A stretch of DNA of 64,000 nt from Phoronis australis. Its lineage: Eukaryota > Animalia > Phoronida. The stretch covers positions 62,001 to 126,000 of the forward strand of contig NMRA01000659.1 of NCBI GenBank assembly GCA_002633005.1. Reading direction: 5' to 3'. The position numbers and the translations under genes are program-made. Shown in pieces: positions 60,978 through 64,000 of the stretch (position 1 is the stretch's first letter; each line of letters opens with the position of its first letter). The notes beneath the pieces are model-generated. The model was not told the origin of the DNA. It was given only the letters and a program-made list of their open reading frames with translations, and did no database searches.

Positions 60978-63323
60978 GTGTCCACATTGCTATAGCAACA
61001 AGTTGTTACGTACCCTGGGAATTACTTATAGCGAATCAATCCGCAGTTAGACCTACGCAGGTACAATTGATGTTGAGGGACCCCTCGAACGTGGGGAGAA
61101 GGACACACTATTTTTGAAGGGGATGCAGCAATGGAATTAAATATAGACCCAAGGACCTTTATTCGAAAATTCACATATAGGCCCTGGGCCCATATCTGAT
61201 GACAAGGGGTTATTTGCGGAAAATCCCGACAGTCGCCGGTTTTCACGTATAGCCCTAACTGTGTTTCATCATCAACAATCCCAAGAATTCACTAGAGTCA
61301 AAAGTTGCGTGAAGAAAAATGGCGTGACAAGTGCAGGCGCACGAGCCACAGTTCTGATACAAGAGAAAATTCAGACGCGCGAACGTCAACGGATGTAGTT
61401 ACCGTAATTAACGGTGGTTACCATGTGTTTAGTGAAGTTTGTGTTGATGATGACGTTCAGGATAGGAAGTTCGTTCACTTCCTTCGTTCATTTAGTTCCC
61501 ACTACTACCAAATAAAGGTGTTATAAAGCCGGGTCTAATAATATTTTGGATGAAGACCATTCTCCGGTTATGAAATCTGTTTGAACTTGTTCTTTTCTCA
61601 GATCAGAAATGATTTCTATGTTTGACTAAGCTTGACAGTTTCTGAGAGCTTCAGACGAGGCTGATTAAGAAGCCTGACACGGCGGGTTGGTTTCACCTGC
61701 AGAAGCAGTTGATGCGAGTCTTTTTTGGGCAATTTTATTTTCCGAAATCTTGAAAATTTAACACAAAAGTTGGGGAGTCATTAGCTGTGATCAATCAAAT
61801 AAAATTGTGTGGAAAAATAAGGAAAAGTGTGTAAAAATCGCAAGAAAGGGCCAATTCCAATTTCTGTTCAAATAAATAACGCCATGATGTTACTTAACAA
61901 GACCAAAAATGCCTGCGAGAAAAGTTGCTTTAACAGGAGAACATGGCTTACAGCGGTAATGTCTAGAGAATTTGATCGATAAATGTGTGGGACGATACCT
62001 ACAAGTCAGGTCAAAATTGAAAACGTAATATAAACCCCATTCTGGTGTAAAAAACACAAGCCACTTTCTTCAGATGCAAATTTGCTAGTCCATAACAATA
62101 AACCAGCTTGAATTTTTTGTGACTGAAACTAAACCACCGTGGCGAGCTACTTAATGGAGTTAATCTGACGCAATCACCGTAATTCTTTTCAAGACTAGAA
62201 ATTATATGTAACCTGAGTAAGGACTAAAGTAACTTGCCCAAATCAAAAGTTGTTTTGGACAAAACACGCGAGTTGATTTTATTTTTTTTATCAGATAATA
62301 TGTATTTATTGAAGAATACAGAAGCATACAAGGAAATAATGAGAAACCCAGAAATCGCGAAGCATTATATCTGGGTTGTAGACAGTTCATAGATAAAAGT
62401 AGTATTGTTCTTTAAATTTGTGTTTCAGTAGTTTCAACTGTATAAAGAAATGTGATTACAGTATTTATGAATTACATGCGCGCAACCAGCCTAAAATGGG
62501 GAGGGGCTCGAATTTGTGAGATGTGAACCTTTTATTAAGATTCACGGGCTGCGTTAAGAGCTATGAATTGTGCATTTTCAGGATTTTGTTAGTTCCTGCC
62601 TATTTATTGGAATTTCGTCTGTTTTCTACTTTTCGGAATTTTTGCCCACTTCGGCAAATGGGGGGGGGGGAGGCTGGGTGCCCGCATGAATTGGAACAGT
62701 AAAGATTACTTAAGCTTGTTAATGCACAGACAAATTACGTAGCCAACTAACAACCAATAGCCGTTCTTGGTGCAAATTAATGTATGTTGATCAGAAGGAT
62801 TCAATAAGAGTCACACGCACACACTGAATCTCCTTCCTCTTGCTGTAGGAAACAAATATCTATTACCAAAAATGTTGAGAAGTTTTTTTATTGAAACGAG
62901 TCCAACAGTTATAGTTAAAGTATTTTTCATTGTCTCAAACAAATCAGTTAAACAGACCTTTAACCTGACAACATTTCGCGCCGTGTGTTGCTTTGAATAG
63001 TTTTCATACTGCATGTATATGTTCACATCCCTGAAAAAAACATCCAGTGTTACACAAATTATAATATCATCATGCTAAAATATCGGGAAGTGCCAAAACA
63101 CGACCTCGGTGACGGAGAATTCCAAACAACACCCTTTATAGTTGTGCTTTCTCACATACGTGTTTCTTTGATATAATATAGATTCTCAATTTGAGTGATT
63201 TTTGGCTACTGCTTATTCCTAGGCAACCCTTTTAAGGCGTTGTTAAAAACTTCACAGCACAGAGTACATAAATTTGACATAACATACAACAGTAGCCTAA
63301 ACACTGGAAAAACAACTGATACG

Positions 63324-64000
63324 TTTTTATGCGCCCACATATTTATATGTGGACGCATTATGCCCTCTGTCCCTCCGTCCGGCGCCCGTTGCCTTATCAC
63401 CAAATCCTTTGACGTACGTTCACGAAATTTTGCACATGTTTTTGTTATGTATGGGATGGCATGAGCGAACTTTCGGACGGATCCGACTACCGGTGTGCCA
63501 CCTAGTGGCAATTTTATTTTTTTACGCTTACCTCTATGTCTGCAAAGGTCCTCAACGTGTTTTCATAACATTTGGCATATAGGCATCTATTAGTGAGGTG
63601 ACGCTCTCCTCCCGTTTTCGGATTCGACGTAGTGGCATTTTTACTGTTTTCGAGTCTGTTTTTGGCGTCCACCCCTTTATCAACCAAACCGTTCTAAGGA
63701 CGATTGTGGAAATTAGCATTCTTGCTATGAAGAGGACGGCTGACGATGATTTCCGACGATTTCGACTATTGTGGCACCTCCTAGAGGCAGTTATTTATTT
63801 TTGCGCCCATGTCTGTTTCTCCTAAACCGTTGGCAGGATCTTTACTAAATTCAGCTAGTGATATTGACAATGGATGACGACGACTTTCGGACAGAACTGA
63901 CTATCGGTGTGCCCCCTAGTGACAATTTAATTTTTAAATGTTTGCCTCTGTATCTTCAAAGGTCCTCAACTTATTTATATAAAATTTGGAATATAGGCAT
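63324..64000 (+). mobile_element. HINE-like element, 5' part (runs off window)
   Basis: TTTTTATGCGCCCACATATTTATATGTGGACGC head hairpin and the same internal repeats. Confidence 0.85.

Overview
This is animal genomic DNA, not prokaryotic: AT-rich, GT-AG introns, single-N assembly joins, and repeat types typical of a bilaterian invertebrate (species not determinable). (1) 1-~31.4 kb holds the 3' part of a + strand multi-exon coiled-coil gene resembling the PMFBP1/CCDC18 family (from recall, not a database search). I traced its exons by hand to the stop at 28575. Most rod exons are phase 0 and exact multiples of 84 nt (28 aa). One intron holds a 3.9-kb ATG-initiated coiled-coil exon plus five small exons that look like an alternative ~1500-aa N-terminus. 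A 1.85-kb two-exon duplication joined by one N is most likely an uncollapsed allele. (2) 41717-43006 on the - strand is an uninterrupted class A GPCR ORF (NRY motif; Tre1/moody/melatonin-receptor-like). A candidate TATA promoter and non-coding first exon lie ~17.7 kb upstream at ~60.9 kb. (3) The rest is intergenic or intronic: MITEs, a decayed L2/CR1-type LINE, and nested Helentron-type non-autonomous elements (HINE-like) whose ~145-bp internal repeats mostly carry a co-oriented CTCF-consensus motif. No rRNA, intact tRNA, CRISPR array or prokaryotic system is supported.
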